Source: Pedosphaera sp.
GTDB taxonomy: Bacteria; Verrucomicrobiota; Verrucomicrobiia; Limisphaerales; JADLHS01
Direction: 5' to 3'
Length of the DNA: 64,000 nucleotides
Assembly (NCBI GenBank): GCA_009695195.1
Contig: SIBJ01000010.1
Location: 145-64,144 of the forward strand
Shown: positions 30,101 through 40,024 of the stretch, one piece after another
Numbering within the stretch: position 1 is the first letter of the stretch
Layout of the letters: every line of letters starts with the position of its first letter
The notes under the pieces: generated by a model
Databases searched by the model: none
What the model was told of the DNA's origin: nothing
What the model saw: the letters and a program-made list of their open reading frames with translations, nothing else
Made by a program: the position numbers and the translations under genes

Positions 30101-30822
30101 AAAACCACCGGCGCATTGGGCACCAGCGTGACACGCCCGACGACGTCGCCCGCCGCGCCCGACACGGGATCGAGTTCGCGAACTTCGTAAGTCGTGATCG
30201 TGCCGATCAATTCGGAAAACGCGTGACCGGCGCAAATGGTGAGTCCGGGATTGCCGTGCTCAAGCAGCGCCAGCATTTCGGCAGTGGGCACGTCGGTCGC
30301 GGCCTTCTGAAACGCGGAGAGAACTTTTTGCGGTAGCGTTTGATTCGTGATGCCGGGCACTTTGCGCAGCAGCCCGAAGACATTGGTCCCGACTGCCGAG
30401 GCGAGCGCGTCGTTGAGCGAAGCGAGATTCTGGCCGAGCGCAACCGACTGATTCAGCTTCGAGTTGATGGCGGTTACATCCGGTGCTTGAACCAGATTGC
30501 CGCGCAAAGTAAATGCGCCCGCGTTCGTGGGATAACCGGGCTTGCCATAAACCGCGAAGCGTTTCCCCGCGAGAATCTGCGGCGCATCCGTATCGAGTAG
30601 CACGTAAGACCAATCCTGGTTCGAGTTATCGCGGATGGTGGTGCCGACCGAGTAAACGAGATTGGAGAGCGGGGTTTGGGCGCGAGCGCTGAAGCACCAA
30701 GCTCCAAAGACCAAGCTCCAGAGAAGCACCAACTTCCAAATACCAAAGCAGAGAGTGCTGCTCTTGAAGCTTGAAGCTTGGAGCTTCTCTGGAGCTTGGT
30801 GCTTGGGATTTGGAGCTTTCAT
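27178..30822 (-). CDS. large secreted beta-sandwich/FnIII-like repeat protein (~1214 aa)
   Basis: signal peptide ending ARA-Q; repeated LxW..Y/FxxYR..YxVxAxD patterns. Confidence 0.75.
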   Translation of the reverse strand: MKAPNPKHQAPEKLQASSFKSSTLCFGIWKLVLLWSLVFGAWCFSARAQTPLSNLVYSVGTTIRDNSNQDWSYVLLDTDAPQILAGKRFAVYGKPGYPTNAGAFTLRGNLVQAPDVTAINSKLNQSVALGQNLASLNDALASAVGTNVFGLLRKVPGITNQTLPQKVLSAFQKAATDVPTAEMLALLEHGNPGLTICAGHAFSELIGTITTYEVRELDPVSGAAGDVVGRVTLVPNAPVVLPAPGRPFQVVSNQMSEHLLIRLRWGTPAELRRLSVLNVGFNLWRIPKAVAEAGNFHVTPPTPAQLHGNANFVQANRAAVFAPMDYNAGSGAGAADDPADRITFFFADSGRGSSSPPFTDGEQFYYFATARDLLGRDGLVSPGGLARACRRLTPKQPTDVKVVNTVLPGSTNQPRLQVNWVQNTNAADLVTHYWIYRWPNPTMALTNDATPLNFRVGVVTNVPGTNFNSFIDTGIGALTNANITNAWFTVRAVSVAACDPLLSPHAGPAWGVLRQRDAPDVATGSVIGSCGTPVVMFQSFVTNTITVNTQAWSLRLTCQRRDRGIAWVTFTVTNYWTGTQTVGPVYFPPDDDLAPVDFEMPSVNTYPPEVWVTCTVGTQYGQTSQPASSTFVVPIPPGKQKEIVFYAGQLLSTALNSSDPLLTELNQGSTFCLSPYSAVPDVNGMVAIHLDITLGSPILIQALTNNTWYDVAVVTPDANSISWVSFPACLIGPLPQFRGCRVNQAMAADCDQHVARAADSGEVAPLRVRFTLTPRTREYRVYRRADQGPLTLVAQGAGAYDPAKPTRILEVRDDTMPSSPTRLCYFVQLLDEHGSGSPLSFIGCKEVKPDKLPRPVLSEPIAIGSNNNAQVTLNWFCPTAGVSRFQFKISRTDSPKPSESSGFASPKVTHYPVYNTNASYLGLKKKSSKYLPASFLEAHWTSRIGAGFGPGPQFTINATVIPNATYSVCVAAVDDQGNVGDASDAWEFSWKPPVVLPTVPWPARPLPPVRDFDTFTTPSPSYEFNPRVAAVVLFNDGGLLDRRYPVLIRIGELVSEQEAGTVLASNVGNTNYVHYSRYGSSSQNPDPNPTIFRSRSPDSSRAGQPLLPIAIYRQQITNDWFPKVSGDLTQVSPLIERIPWRITPNGQVITIPDRLFANYYETKDALHYYNFLYLRDLQPVVAGAAYEYFVVRFDAKREVQEVVPAGLVTIPQNP

Positions 30823-30829
30823 TTCGCGC

Positions 30830-33800
30830 TCAGTAATCAATCGAGTAATCCACGCCATCATCCGTCACCGTGCCGCTCACGGAGAGCGTCGCGCAGGCTT
30901 TCAGGCAGAAGGGACACGCGCCGATTTTCCCGCAGAGCCGCGCTTGGCCGGCCATGGACAATTTCCCTTCCGTATCCAATCGGTAGCCCATGGCCCAGGA
31001 CGCCTCGGCGCTGATGATGCAAATCAAGTCGGCGCTCAGGCTCAACTTCTGCCGGCCGCCGATGCTGCCGAATCGCGGGCCGCCTTGATAAAAGAGCGCG
31101 TAGTCAACTCCGCCGGTGACATCCAGCAGGCAGCTTGAGGAGCCGAAAAGAATGTCGGACAAGGAAACGCGCGCGCCGAACTGAAGATAAATTCCCGTGA
31201 ACTCGTTCGCTTTGGTGATCAAGACTTCTTCCACTTCCGGATCAATGAACTTCAGCGGATCGAGCGAACAGGCGTGGCCGGCGAAAATCCCGACGTTAAA
31301 ATCCACCGGGATGGCGATGATGGTGACGGTGGCGCCCGCCTTGGCCGCGAGATAATTTTCGAACTGGCCGATGGCCAGCGACGCGCCAAAATTATTGATG
31401 CTGCCGCCCTTGAATCCGATTTTTCCCAGCACCTCGAATGACCCGCCAATGCCGAGCACCGCGCCGCTTTGCAACGTCCAGCGCGCCTCGATGTTTAGTT
31501 TGAGCGGACCGCCGCCGGACACGCCCAGCCAATCCAGCGGAATGTCCTTTGCGCCCAGCGTCACTTCCGCTGCGGGAGCACCCGGCGGAATGCAACTCAG
31601 CGCCGTGGATTGCGAGTTCAGTTCCTTGATGTCCATGTAGGCGAAGAACTTCATCTCGTCCGGCAAGTTCATTTTGATTTCCGAATCGAGATGAATCTTG
31701 CGCAGCGAATCGCCCTCGAACGTGGGCGCGCCGCGAATCTTGGCCGAGAGCAACGAACCGCCCATCGCGCCGCCGCCTTTCATGCTATCAAAACCATCCT
31801 GCGCCCCGGCGAGATACGAACTCAGTCCGTTGCGGATCGAACGATTCACCTGATCGAAGAGCACATCCATCAACTGATTCAGCAGAAAATTCTTGTCGTA
31901 AAGAAACTGGCGGAATGCGGTCTGGTAATTGGCCGTCAGCGACGAGCTGAGGAAAGCCATCGTGAGCCGCTCACGGATTTCGTGCTTGGCTCGCGCCGGA
32001 TCGGCGGTGAAATAATCTCCGGCCGTTCCGACCGTGGCCGAAAACAGATTCGAGACGGCGACGCCGGCGGCTTGCGCATAATTCGCCAACGTGGCGTTGT
32101 TGTGGTTGGCGATGTTCAGGGCTTCGTCAATGTCCGAATCCAACGGGACGGTGCCGACCTGCATCCGGACCTGAGTGAACTCGGAACGGAGTTGCCGCAG
32201 CTCGCCTTCGATTTTCGCGAGCGTCGGTTCGAGATCGCCGAGCAGCCCGTTTACGACTGAATCGTCGAGGTCCACGGAGACGCCGGGCAGGCCCTGGTCG
32301 TGGGCCAGTTTCTGGATCATCGCGCGCACGACGTGCCGCTTGCCGCCGCCGTCCTTTTCCAGCGTGCGGATGAACAGGCCGAGCGTGTCGTCCGCGTTCA
32401 GCAACGTTTGATTGAGCTGGCCAAGAATTGAATTCGCCTGCCCGGCCGTGCCGTTGAGACTCATGATGGCTGTTTTCAGTCCGTTGCTGTTCGCGGCGAT
32501 GATGCCGGGGGTTTTCGCCAGCAGATTGGCCCGGCTCACCGCGAGTTCGGCGGCGAGCGCATTGTAGAGCTTGTCCTCCACGTTGTTGCCGGCGTCCGTG
32601 AGCGCCGACGCCAGCGCGGGGCGAAACAATCCTTCCGCGTTTTCGCGCATGACATTTTGCAGGCTGCGGAAACCGCTGGTAAGGCCGGAAGTGTTGAACG
32701 CCCCACCGAGTTCCGATTGGATGGCGGCGGACACCGAGTTGAGCGGGCCGTTGATTTCGTTCAACGCGTCGTTGGCGAAGTCCAGCACCTTGATGCGCGG
32801 CAGTTGGAGGTTGATGTCCTGCGCGAAATCCAAATCCACCTTGCCGGGCGTGATCTGTTTGAGGCGACTGTCCACGTCAATCACCGGCAGAATGACTTTC
32901 GCGTCCTCGAACCCGGAGAACTCGCGCAACACCGCGTTCCAAGTCAGCGGATAATCGAAGCCGGCCACGTCAATCCAGTTTTGTTGCGCGCGCATCCGGT
33001 AGGTCACGGTGGGAGAACTGCGGTATTCGGCAATCGGCACCGCGGTGGGCCAGCCGTCCGCGTTCGCATCAAACTTCGGCGTGTTGAAATAATTTTGCGT
33101 CCCGTTGTTCCAACCGCGATTCTCGCCCTTGCCTTCTTCCGCCGTCCAGCCGCCCATCATGTCCACTTGCGCGTTGGTCGGACTGGCGGGCGTGACGTGA
33201 AAATGCGTTTTGATGTCTTGGAAAAACGGCACCCGAACCCGCCCGGCCAGATTGTAAAAACCCTGCGCTGGTTTGCCCCCGGTTTCCCAGTTGTTGAAAT
33301 AACCATCGCCCGCCGTGGTGATCGGATAAAAACTTCCGCCGGGTCCCTGCAATTGGAGGTTCGCGGGAACGGCGAATCGCGAGTCCACGCCTTCCACCTG
33401 CGTCGCCGCTGTGGCGAGATTGCCGTTGGCTTTGATGGCCAGTGCGGCGTGGAAGGCCTGTGGAATGAAGGGTAATTTTGTTTCGACGCCCAGCACCAGA
33501 TAGCGTTCCGTCAAACTGCACGCGGCGCCGGTCTTGGGTCTGAATTGAAGGCTCAACAGGCTGAGGTCCGTGTTCCAGTAGGCCAGATGTTTACTGGCGA
33601 TGTTGGCCGGCAGCCGCGCGGAGTCGAGATTGCCGCGACACAGAAATTTCATCCGCTCGAACTCCACCGGAAAACCGGACGGGACGGGCAGCGCAATCAC
33701 GCCGTCCGTGCGCGATTCGTAATTGTCGCTGTCGAGATACGAGAGCCGATACGTTTGGAACGTGAAGTCATAACCGTACAGCCTCTGGTTCGCGGGAAAA

Positions 33801-36800
33801 GTCGCGGACTCATGAATCCCGCTGACGCCACCGAAGCGGGTGTAATATTTGGAGCGCCCAGTGAGCGGATACCAACCCGTGTTCGTGCCGGCGATGAAGC
33901 TGTTTCCCTGCGTCGGCGCGCGAAAGTTTAACCCCGCGTAATTCGCGAAACCATCGGCGTAGTTGGCCGCGCCCGGACGTTCGACGGAAGTGAAATCGTT
34001 GGTGTTCGCGCTCCCGTAGCCGGTGAGCAACAGCCGCGCGGGACGGCGCGCATCCTGTTCGCCCGCCAGATCGCCGGCTTTCAGAAAAGTGCCGGCGAAA
34101 TAGCACGCACCGTTCGTCACGTTGCTCGTGCGTTGGGCGTAATTGGTCCCGCCCGCAAAGCCCCAAGTCAAATTCTGCGTGTCAATGGTGCCGTAAGCCA
34201 GCAACCCGCCCTCGGGTGTGAAGCGAAGTTCGCGCGAGCCAAAGGGTCCGGGCGGCGGGGTGAAATACATGGATTGCAAGCCCACCACCCCTCCGCTGCA
34301 ACTGGCATCGGACGAACAATCGCGCGCGTAAGGCAAATTCACCGAGCTGTTAAGCAACAAATAACTTGCGGCGGTGTCCATCAGATCGTTCGTGATAACC
34401 AACGCGCCCTGACCCGCCGGGATGGATTGGCCGGCCACATAGGGAAAATGCGTGCGGTAGTTGTAGTCGCCCGGCTGCAGGCTGGCCTGGATCGTGAGCA
34501 GTGCGCTGCCGTTGGTGTCGGGCCGCACATAGACCGGCGTGCCCGCGACCGCGGCGATATTGCGGTAATAGTTGTCGTTCGAGATCCGATACCATGCCAG
34601 TTGATCCACGAGGAACGGGAACTCCGTCACGAGGTCGGCGTCTTCCTGTTGGCGGACGAACTGAAGCGCCTGCGCTTCGGAAATGAAAAACTCGCCTTGG
34701 GGAATCCGCCACTCGATTTGCGACCCGCCAATCCAGAACGGTTTGGTTTCCTCCGCGAACCAAAGGCGATTCGTGTTGTAGGACGCGGCGGTGAAAATGA
34801 CGGGCGAACTCGTGGGCAACAAATCCGGCCCCAACGCGACGTTGGCTTTCGACGCGAACGGTCGCAGCGCGCGCGAGTTCGTGGTGACGCTCAAGCCAAA
34901 GCCGGCGGGAAACCATGCTTCGAGATTTGTCGCGACCATGCCCGCTGCGCTCAAGGTCGCGCCCGGCAGGCGATAGCGGATTCCGTTGGTCTCGAAGAAC
35001 TGCGTCGGGTTGGCGAGACTGAACGAGCCGTTCAGGTTCGTGGCAAAACCATTCGCGCCGAGGTTCACGTTGAACGCCGCGCCGCCGCCGAACTTGAACC
35101 CGGGCGCGATTGCGAGATACGCGCCGCCCACGCCGAGATGCAGTTGCGACGCCAGATGCGTCGGCGCGGTGATCGTGCCGGCCGACGGCGCGTTGAGGAC
35201 GTTGGTGAGCACGGTCTCAATGTTGCCGAAGAAAACGTGACCGTTGAAATGCAGCAGCCGCGCGGGGTCGGTGGCTTCCGTGCCGTCAGTCGTGAAGCCG
35301 CCGCCGTTCTCATTATGCGAAAGCGTGGCGGTCAGCCGATGGAAATTGTTGACCGAATCCAATTGCAAGCCGGTGTCCGGCTCGACGTTTATGGAGGGAT
35401 TGATCGTTGCCATTCCCACTCCGGCTCCGGATAAAATCGGCGTTGAGGCGTTGTAATACGCAATGGTGAAAGCATTGGAGTAGGTGTTGGGTTTAACCGC
35501 CAGCGGCGTGCCGGAGGGCGCGATTTGCAGCCCGGCATCCAGTTTGTATCCGACAAGCGCGTTCGGCGGCGCAGGGCCGAAGTCGTAGAATCGCCAGAAC
35601 GTGGCATTGGCCGTCACGACAAACGAGTTCACCAGATTGCTGCCGTTGATGGCGTAGAAGCGCCCAACGGATGGAATGCCCGTCGCCGCGACCAGATGCA
35701 CGCTGCCATCGCCGAGATACGCCGTTGAACCCGTCCACGCCGCGCCATTGGTCAGTGTTCCGGTGTGGCCCAAGCCGGTGGCATCGGCGGCGGTGTTTCC
35801 CGTCGCGTCGTCGAACCGCCAGTAGGCCACCAGTCCGCTTTCATTGCCGACGAGCGGGAGGTTCTTCATGGACAGAATCTCGCTGGCCGTGAGCGCGCGG
35901 TTCCAAACCGTGACCTCATCAATCGCTCCCGCCAACGGTGTCGTGTAATTGAAGTATCTCCCGATTTGAAGCGGATCCGTGAGGGTCATCGCACCGGCCG
36001 AACCGGTCCAGGCGCTGGAACCCACGAGGACGCCGTCCAGAAAGAGTTTGCCTCCCGAAGCATCCACCGTCAGCGCGGCATGATGCCAGGCACCGTCCGC
36101 CACGAGAGTCGCCGGATTCGAGTCAATCGCGTAGTTGGCGAACGAACGATAGTAGAAACCGCGGAGCCGCCCGCTCTGCACGATCAGACTCCAGGCATTG
36201 CCCGTGTCCACGGATTTGGTGACCAAACCCTGAACGACGCCGCCGCCATTGGTCGTGCGAAACCAGGTCGAGACGGTGATCGGATAAGCATTCAAGTCCG
36301 CGTTGTGCGGCACCGTGACGAAATCATTCACGCCATCGAGCTTCACGGCGCTGGCAGCGATGGGGGCCAACGCAATTGCGGCGTGCGATTCGACCCAGGC
36401 CGGCGCATTGAGCAAGGTGCCGTGAAACGCATTGGTCGCCGTGTTGTTTGCCGCGTTGCCGCTGCCTTCGTCGAAACGCCAATAACCCAGCAACCCGTCC
36501 TCGGTGCCGCCCAACCGGCGATGCTTCAAATAATTCAGCTCGCTCGCGCTCAGACCGCGATTCCAGAGCGTCACTTCGTCAATCTCGCCCTGGAAGGCAT
36601 TCCCATAATTGAAATAACGACCGATCTGGAGCGGTTCGGTGCCGGTGGGCGGGCCCGGCGTGCCGGTCCAGGCGACGCTGTTCCGCAGATTGCCGTCCAC
36701 ATACAGCAGCCCGGTGGTGGTGCTCACCACGAAGGCAATGTGGTGCCAGTGGCCGTCGGCGACGAACCCGCCGTCCAACCCGAGCGGATTCACCACCACG

Positions 36801-37102
36801 CTGCCGCCACTGCGCAAATACCAGGCGTACATGTTTCCGTTGCGGAGGTTGATGGAGTAGCCGTTGCCCGAGCTGTCCTGATATTTGCTCACGATGCCAT
36901 CCACCAGGCTCGTGTTGCGCAGCGTTTTGACCCAGGCCGTGATGGTGAGCGGATAGGCGTTGAGCGCGGCGTTGTGCGGAACGGAGACGTAACTGTTCGT
37001 GCCATTGAAGCGGAGGCAATTGCCGGGAGTAATCTGGGAAAAACCCGAAACCACTGCGAGGAACAGCAACGCAGCCGACCGCAACAGATGGTTTGCTATC
37101 AT
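30830..37102 (-). CDS. giant secreted protein (~2090 aa): two LamG/ConA-like domains, long beta-rich body, helical segment, beta-rich C-terminus
   Basis: signal peptide; two copies of TITAW/TVSTW..WHH..LYVDG/LFLDG..IDEVTxWNR..YWRFD. Confidence 0.82.
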   Translation of the reverse strand: MIANHLLRSAALLFLAVVSGFSQITPGNCLRFNGTNSYVSVPHNAALNAYPLTITAWVKTLRNTSLVDGIVSKYQDSSGNGYSINLRNGNMYAWYLRSGGSVVVNPLGLDGGFVADGHWHHIAFVVSTTTGLLYVDGNLRNSVAWTGTPGPPTGTEPLQIGRYFNYGNAFQGEIDEVTLWNRGLSASELNYLKHRRLGGTEDGLLGYWRFDEGSGNAANNTATNAFHGTLLNAPAWVESHAAIALAPIAASAVKLDGVNDFVTVPHNADLNAYPITVSTWFRTTNGGGVVQGLVTKSVDTGNAWSLIVQSGRLRGFYYRSFANYAIDSNPATLVADGAWHHAALTVDASGGKLFLDGVLVGSSAWTGSAGAMTLTDPLQIGRYFNYTTPLAGAIDEVTVWNRALTASEILSMKNLPLVGNESGLVAYWRFDDATGNTAADATGLGHTGTLTNGAAWTGSTAYLGDGSVHLVAATGIPSVGRFYAINGSNLVNSFVVTANATFWRFYDFGPAPPNALVGYKLDAGLQIAPSGTPLAVKPNTYSNAFTIAYYNASTPILSGAGVGMATINPSINVEPDTGLQLDSVNNFHRLTATLSHNENGGGFTTDGTEATDPARLLHFNGHVFFGNIETVLTNVLNAPSAGTITAPTHLASQLHLGVGGAYLAIAPGFKFGGGAAFNVNLGANGFATNLNGSFSLANPTQFFETNGIRYRLPGATLSAAGMVATNLEAWFPAGFGLSVTTNSRALRPFASKANVALGPDLLPTSSPVIFTAASYNTNRLWFAEETKPFWIGGSQIEWRIPQGEFFISEAQALQFVRQQEDADLVTEFPFLVDQLAWYRISNDNYYRNIAAVAGTPVYVRPDTNGSALLTIQASLQPGDYNYRTHFPYVAGQSIPAGQGALVITNDLMDTAASYLLLNSSVNLPYARDCSSDASCSGGVVGLQSMYFTPPPGPFGSRELRFTPEGGLLAYGTIDTQNLTWGFAGGTNYAQRTSNVTNGACYFAGTFLKAGDLAGEQDARRPARLLLTGYGSANTNDFTSVERPGAANYADGFANYAGLNFRAPTQGNSFIAGTNTGWYPLTGRSKYYTRFGGVSGIHESATFPANQRLYGYDFTFQTYRLSYLDSDNYESRTDGVIALPVPSGFPVEFERMKFLCRGNLDSARLPANIASKHLAYWNTDLSLLSLQFRPKTGAACSLTERYLVLGVETKLPFIPQAFHAALAIKANGNLATAATQVEGVDSRFAVPANLQLQGPGGSFYPITTAGDGYFNNWETGGKPAQGFYNLAGRVRVPFFQDIKTHFHVTPASPTNAQVDMMGGWTAEEGKGENRGWNNGTQNYFNTPKFDANADGWPTAVPIAEYRSSPTVTYRMRAQQNWIDVAGFDYPLTWNAVLREFSGFEDAKVILPVIDVDSRLKQITPGKVDLDFAQDINLQLPRIKVLDFANDALNEINGPLNSVSAAIQSELGGAFNTSGLTSGFRSLQNVMRENAEGLFRPALASALTDAGNNVEDKLYNALAAELAVSRANLLAKTPGIIAANSNGLKTAIMSLNGTAGQANSILGQLNQTLLNADDTLGLFIRTLEKDGGGKRHVVRAMIQKLAHDQGLPGVSVDLDDSVVNGLLGDLEPTLAKIEGELRQLRSEFTQVRMQVGTVPLDSDIDEALNIANHNNATLANYAQAAGVAVSNLFSATVGTAGDYFTADPARAKHEIRERLTMAFLSSSLTANYQTAFRQFLYDKNFLLNQLMDVLFDQVNRSIRNGLSSYLAGAQDGFDSMKGGGAMGGSLLSAKIRGAPTFEGDSLRKIHLDSEIKMNLPDEMKFFAYMDIKELNSQSTALSCIPPGAPAAEVTLGAKDIPLDWLGVSGGGPLKLNIEARWTLQSGAVLGIGGSFEVLGKIGFKGGSINNFGASLAIGQFENYLAAKAGATVTIIAIPVDFNVGIFAGHACSLDPLKFIDPEVEEVLITKANEFTGIYLQFGARVSLSDILFGSSSCLLDVTGGVDYALFYQGGPRFGSIGGRQKLSLSADLICIISAEASWAMGYRLDTEGKLSMAGQARLCGKIGACPFCLKACATLSVSGTVTDDGVDYSIDY

Positions 37103-37225
37103 TGCGTGCTTGCAACGGGCGGGGGTGCGAGCAGAGCTAACAAAGTCCAAAAGCCGGAAAAATGCAATGAAATTCTGGCGCCAGGATTGCGTTTTCAAAC
37201 CAGACACGCCAAACTCCGCGCTCGC

Positions 37226-37792
37226 ATGACGCAAGACGAAGTGCTGCAAGTCTTCCGTGACACGGGCGCGCTGCTCGAAGGGCATTTCATTCTTCGCAGC
37301 GGATTACACAGCCGGCAATTTTTTCAGTGTGCGCTCGCGCTTCAGCAAATGCCCATCGTTGAAAAGCTCGGCGCGGCGCTGGCGGCCAAAGTGAAATCAC
37401 TCGGCGCGGTCACGATTGTTTCCCCCGCGATGGGCGGACTGGTCATCGGCCAGGAGGTCGCGCGGCAACTGGGCTTGCGATTCATTTTTGTGGAGAAGGA
37501 AGAAGGCAAACTGGTTTTGCGGCGCGGGTTCAAGCTGACGCCGGGCGAAAAGATTCTCGTCATCGAGGACGTGGTGACGAAAGGCGGACGCGTTCAGGAG
37601 ACGATTGACATCGTGCGCGCCAGCGGCGGCGTTGTGGCCGGTGTGGCGATGGTGGTGGACCGCTCGAACGGTACAACCAGTCTTGGCGTGCCGATGTTTA
37701 GTCTCATCGCGTTGCAGGTGGAAACCTTCGACCCGGACAAACTTCCACCCGACCTCGCAAAGATTCCGGCGGTGAAACCGGGGAGCAAGTAG
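37226..37792 (+). CDS. pyrE: orotate phosphoribosyltransferase
   Basis: [30 protein letters not shown] motif, ends KPGSK. Confidence 0.93.
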   Translation: MTQDEVLQVFRDTGALLEGHFILRSGLHSRQFFQCALALQQMPIVEKLGAALAAKVKSLGAVTIVSPAMGGLVIGQEVARQLGLRFIFVEKEEGKLVLRRGFKLTPGEKILVIEDVVTKGGRVQETIDIVRASGGVVAGVAMVVDRSNGTTSLGVPMFSLIALQVETFDPDKLPPDLAKIPAVKPGSK

Positions 37793-37795
37793 CGA

Positions 37796-37868
37796 AGCGC
37801 CGAGCACTGTCTCGGCGAGTTTCAAAACAATCCGCCGCCCCCGACGAGCCGAGACGGTGCTCGGCGCT
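37796..37868. repeat. REP-like palindrome
   Basis: AGCGCCGAGCACTGTCTCGGC ... GCCGAGACGGTGCTCGGCGCT. Confidence 0.75.
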
Positions 37869-38015
37869 CCAATCCGTTGTGCCACGCCTGCCGTGCCAAG
37901 CGGGTTTTAACTGTGCCATCGCGTCGCCGTTGACACAGTTGATTGCCGGGCGGGTCGTTCACATTTCTTCTACTTTCCTCGGCAAATCAAGCGATTTCAG
38001 CCCAAACCGTCCTCA

Positions 38016-38031
38016 TGGCACGGGCATGGCT
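38016..38031 (+). promoter_or_regulatory. candidate sigma54 -24/-12 promoter of dnaK
   Basis: TGGCACGGGCATGGCT versus consensus TGGCACG-N4-TTGCW; GG-N10-GC spacing kept. Confidence 0.55.
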
Positions 38032-38079
38032 AAAGGACCTATCGTCGCGCGTGTCGCGGCGCATCCAACATTTTATTTT

Positions 38080-40020
38080 ATGGCAAAAGTTTTGGGCATT
38101 GATTTGGGAACGACGAACTCGTGCATGGCGGTTATGGAAGGCGGCGAGCCGCTCGTTCTGGAAAATTCCGAAGGCAAACGCACCACGCCGAGCGTCGTCG
38201 CGTTCACCAAGAGTGGCGAGCGCATCGTCGGCGATGCGGCAAAGCGCCAGGCCGTGACCAACTCGCGCAACACGGTTTATTCCATCAAGCGTTTCATGGG
38301 GCGCAAGTTTGACGAGGTGCAGGAAGAGGTCAAACGCATGCCTTACAAGGTGGTGAAGGCTTCCAATGGCGACTGCGCCGTGGAAGTCGAAGTGGACGGC
38401 AAGCCCAAGCAATTTTCTCCGCCCGAAATTTCCGCGATGATTCTTGGCAAACTCAAGAGCGACGCCGAAACGCGCCTCGGCGAGAAAGTGACCCAGGCCG
38501 TCATCACCGTTCCTGCTTACTTCAATGACTCGCAACGCCAGGCCACGAAGGACGCCGGCAAGATCGCAGGGCTGGAAGTTCTCCGCATCATCAACGAGCC
38601 GACTGCCGCCTCGCTCGCTTACGGTCTCGACAAGAAGAAGGACGAGAAGATCGCGGTCTACGATTTAGGCGGTGGCACGTTCGATATTTCTGTTTTGGAA
38701 ATCGGCGATGGCGTGTTCGAGGTGAAGGCCACGAACGGCGACACGCATCTCGGCGGTGACGATTGGGACAACAAGCTGATGGATTGGATTCTCGACGAGT
38801 TCAAAAAGGAATCCGGCATGGATTTGCGCAAGCAGCCCGACGCCCTACAACGCATCAAGGAAGAAGCTGAGAAGGCCAAGATCGCCCTCTCCAGCGCCAC
38901 GACCTACGACATCAATCTCCCGTTCATCACGGCGGACGCCAGCGGGCCGAAGCACATCCAGAAAAATCTCACCCGCGCCAAGATGGAGCAGCTCACCGAC
39001 GCGTTGTTCGAGCGCACCATCAAGCCCGTTGAGGCCTGCTTGAAGGACGCAGGCATTGACGCCGCGAAAATTGACGAACTCGTGCTCGTCGGCGGCATGA
39101 CCCGCATGCCCCGCGTGGTCGAGACCGCGCACAAGCTGGTCAACAAACCGCCGCATCAGGGCGTGAACCCGGACGAAGTCGTCGCCATCGGCGCGGGCAT
39201 TCAAGGCGGCGTGCTCAAGGGCGAAGTAAAGGATGTGCTCCTGCTCGACGTGACCCCGCTCTCGCTCGGCATCGAGACGCTCGGCGGCGTGTTCACCAAA
39301 TTGATCGAGCGCAACACCACGATTCCGTCGCGCAAATCGGAAATTTTCTCCACCGCCAGCGACAATCAGCCCGGCGTGGAAATTCACGTCCTCCAGGGCG
39401 AACGCCAGTTCTCCAAGGACAACAAGACCATCGGCAAGTTTCATCTCACGGACATTCCGCCCGCGCCGCGCGGCGTGCCGCAGGTCGAGGTGACGTTCGA
39501 CATTGACGCCAACGGCATTTTGCACGTCGGCGCGAAGGACCTCGGCACGGGCAAGGAACAGAAGATCACCATCACGGCCAGCAGCGGTCTCTCGAAGGAC
39601 GAAGTCGAGAAGATGCGCAAGGACGCCGAGTTGCACGCGGACGAGGACAAGACGAAGCGCGAGGAAATCGAAACGCGCAACGAAGCCGACAACGCGGTGT
39701 ATCGCTCCGAAAAAATGCTCAAGGACAACGCCGACAAAATTTCCGGCGACGACAAGGGCAAGATTGAAAGCGCGGTCACGGCGGTGAAGGAAGCGCTCAA
39801 GGGCAGCGATGCCGCCGCGATCAAATCCGCGAGCGAGAAGCTCAACGAAGCGTGGCAGGCCGTGAGCGCCGAACTTTACAAGGCGGCGGCGGCGAAAGCG
39901 CAGGCGGATAAGACGCAAACCGGCAGCAGCGCTGGTGGCGAGGCCAAGCCCGAAGAGAAGTCGGACAAGAAGGACGAAGGTCCGATCATTGACGCCGAGG
40001 TTGTGGACGAGAAGAAGTAA
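38080..40020 (+). CDS. dnaK: chaperone DnaK
   Basis: [32 protein letters not shown]. Confidence 0.98.
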   Translation: MAKVLGIDLGTTNSCMAVMEGGEPLVLENSEGKRTTPSVVAFTKSGERIVGDAAKRQAVTNSRNTVYSIKRFMGRKFDEVQEEVKRMPYKVVKASNGDCAVEVEVDGKPKQFSPPEISAMILGKLKSDAETRLGEKVTQAVITVPAYFNDSQRQATKDAGKIAGLEVLRIINEPTAASLAYGLDKKKDEKIAVYDLGGGTFDISVLEIGDGVFEVKATNGDTHLGGDDWDNKLMDWILDEFKKESGMDLRKQPDALQRIKEEAEKAKIALSSATTYDINLPFITADASGPKHIQKNLTRAKMEQLTDALFERTIKPVEACLKDAGIDAAKIDELVLVGGMTRMPRVVETAHKLVNKPPHQGVNPDEVVAIGAGIQGGVLKGEVKDVLLLDVTPLSLGIETLGGVFTKLIERNTTIPSRKSEIFSTASDNQPGVEIHVLQGERQFSKDNKTIGKFHLTDIPPAPRGVPQVEVTFDIDANGILHVGAKDLGTGKEQKITITASSGLSKDEVEKMRKDAELHADEDKTKREEIETRNEADNAVYRSEKMLKDNADKISGDDKGKIESAVTAVKEALKGSDAAAIKSASEKLNEAWQAVSAELYKAAAAKAQADKTQTGSSAGGEAKPEEKSDKKDEGPIIDAEVVDEKK

Positions 40021-40024
40021 AGCT

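Noticed and set aside
35765-37225. 675-aa N-terminally extended PyrE from the ORF track
   Set aside because: The extension is the antisense shadow of the LamG gene; PyrE homology starts at ATG 37226.
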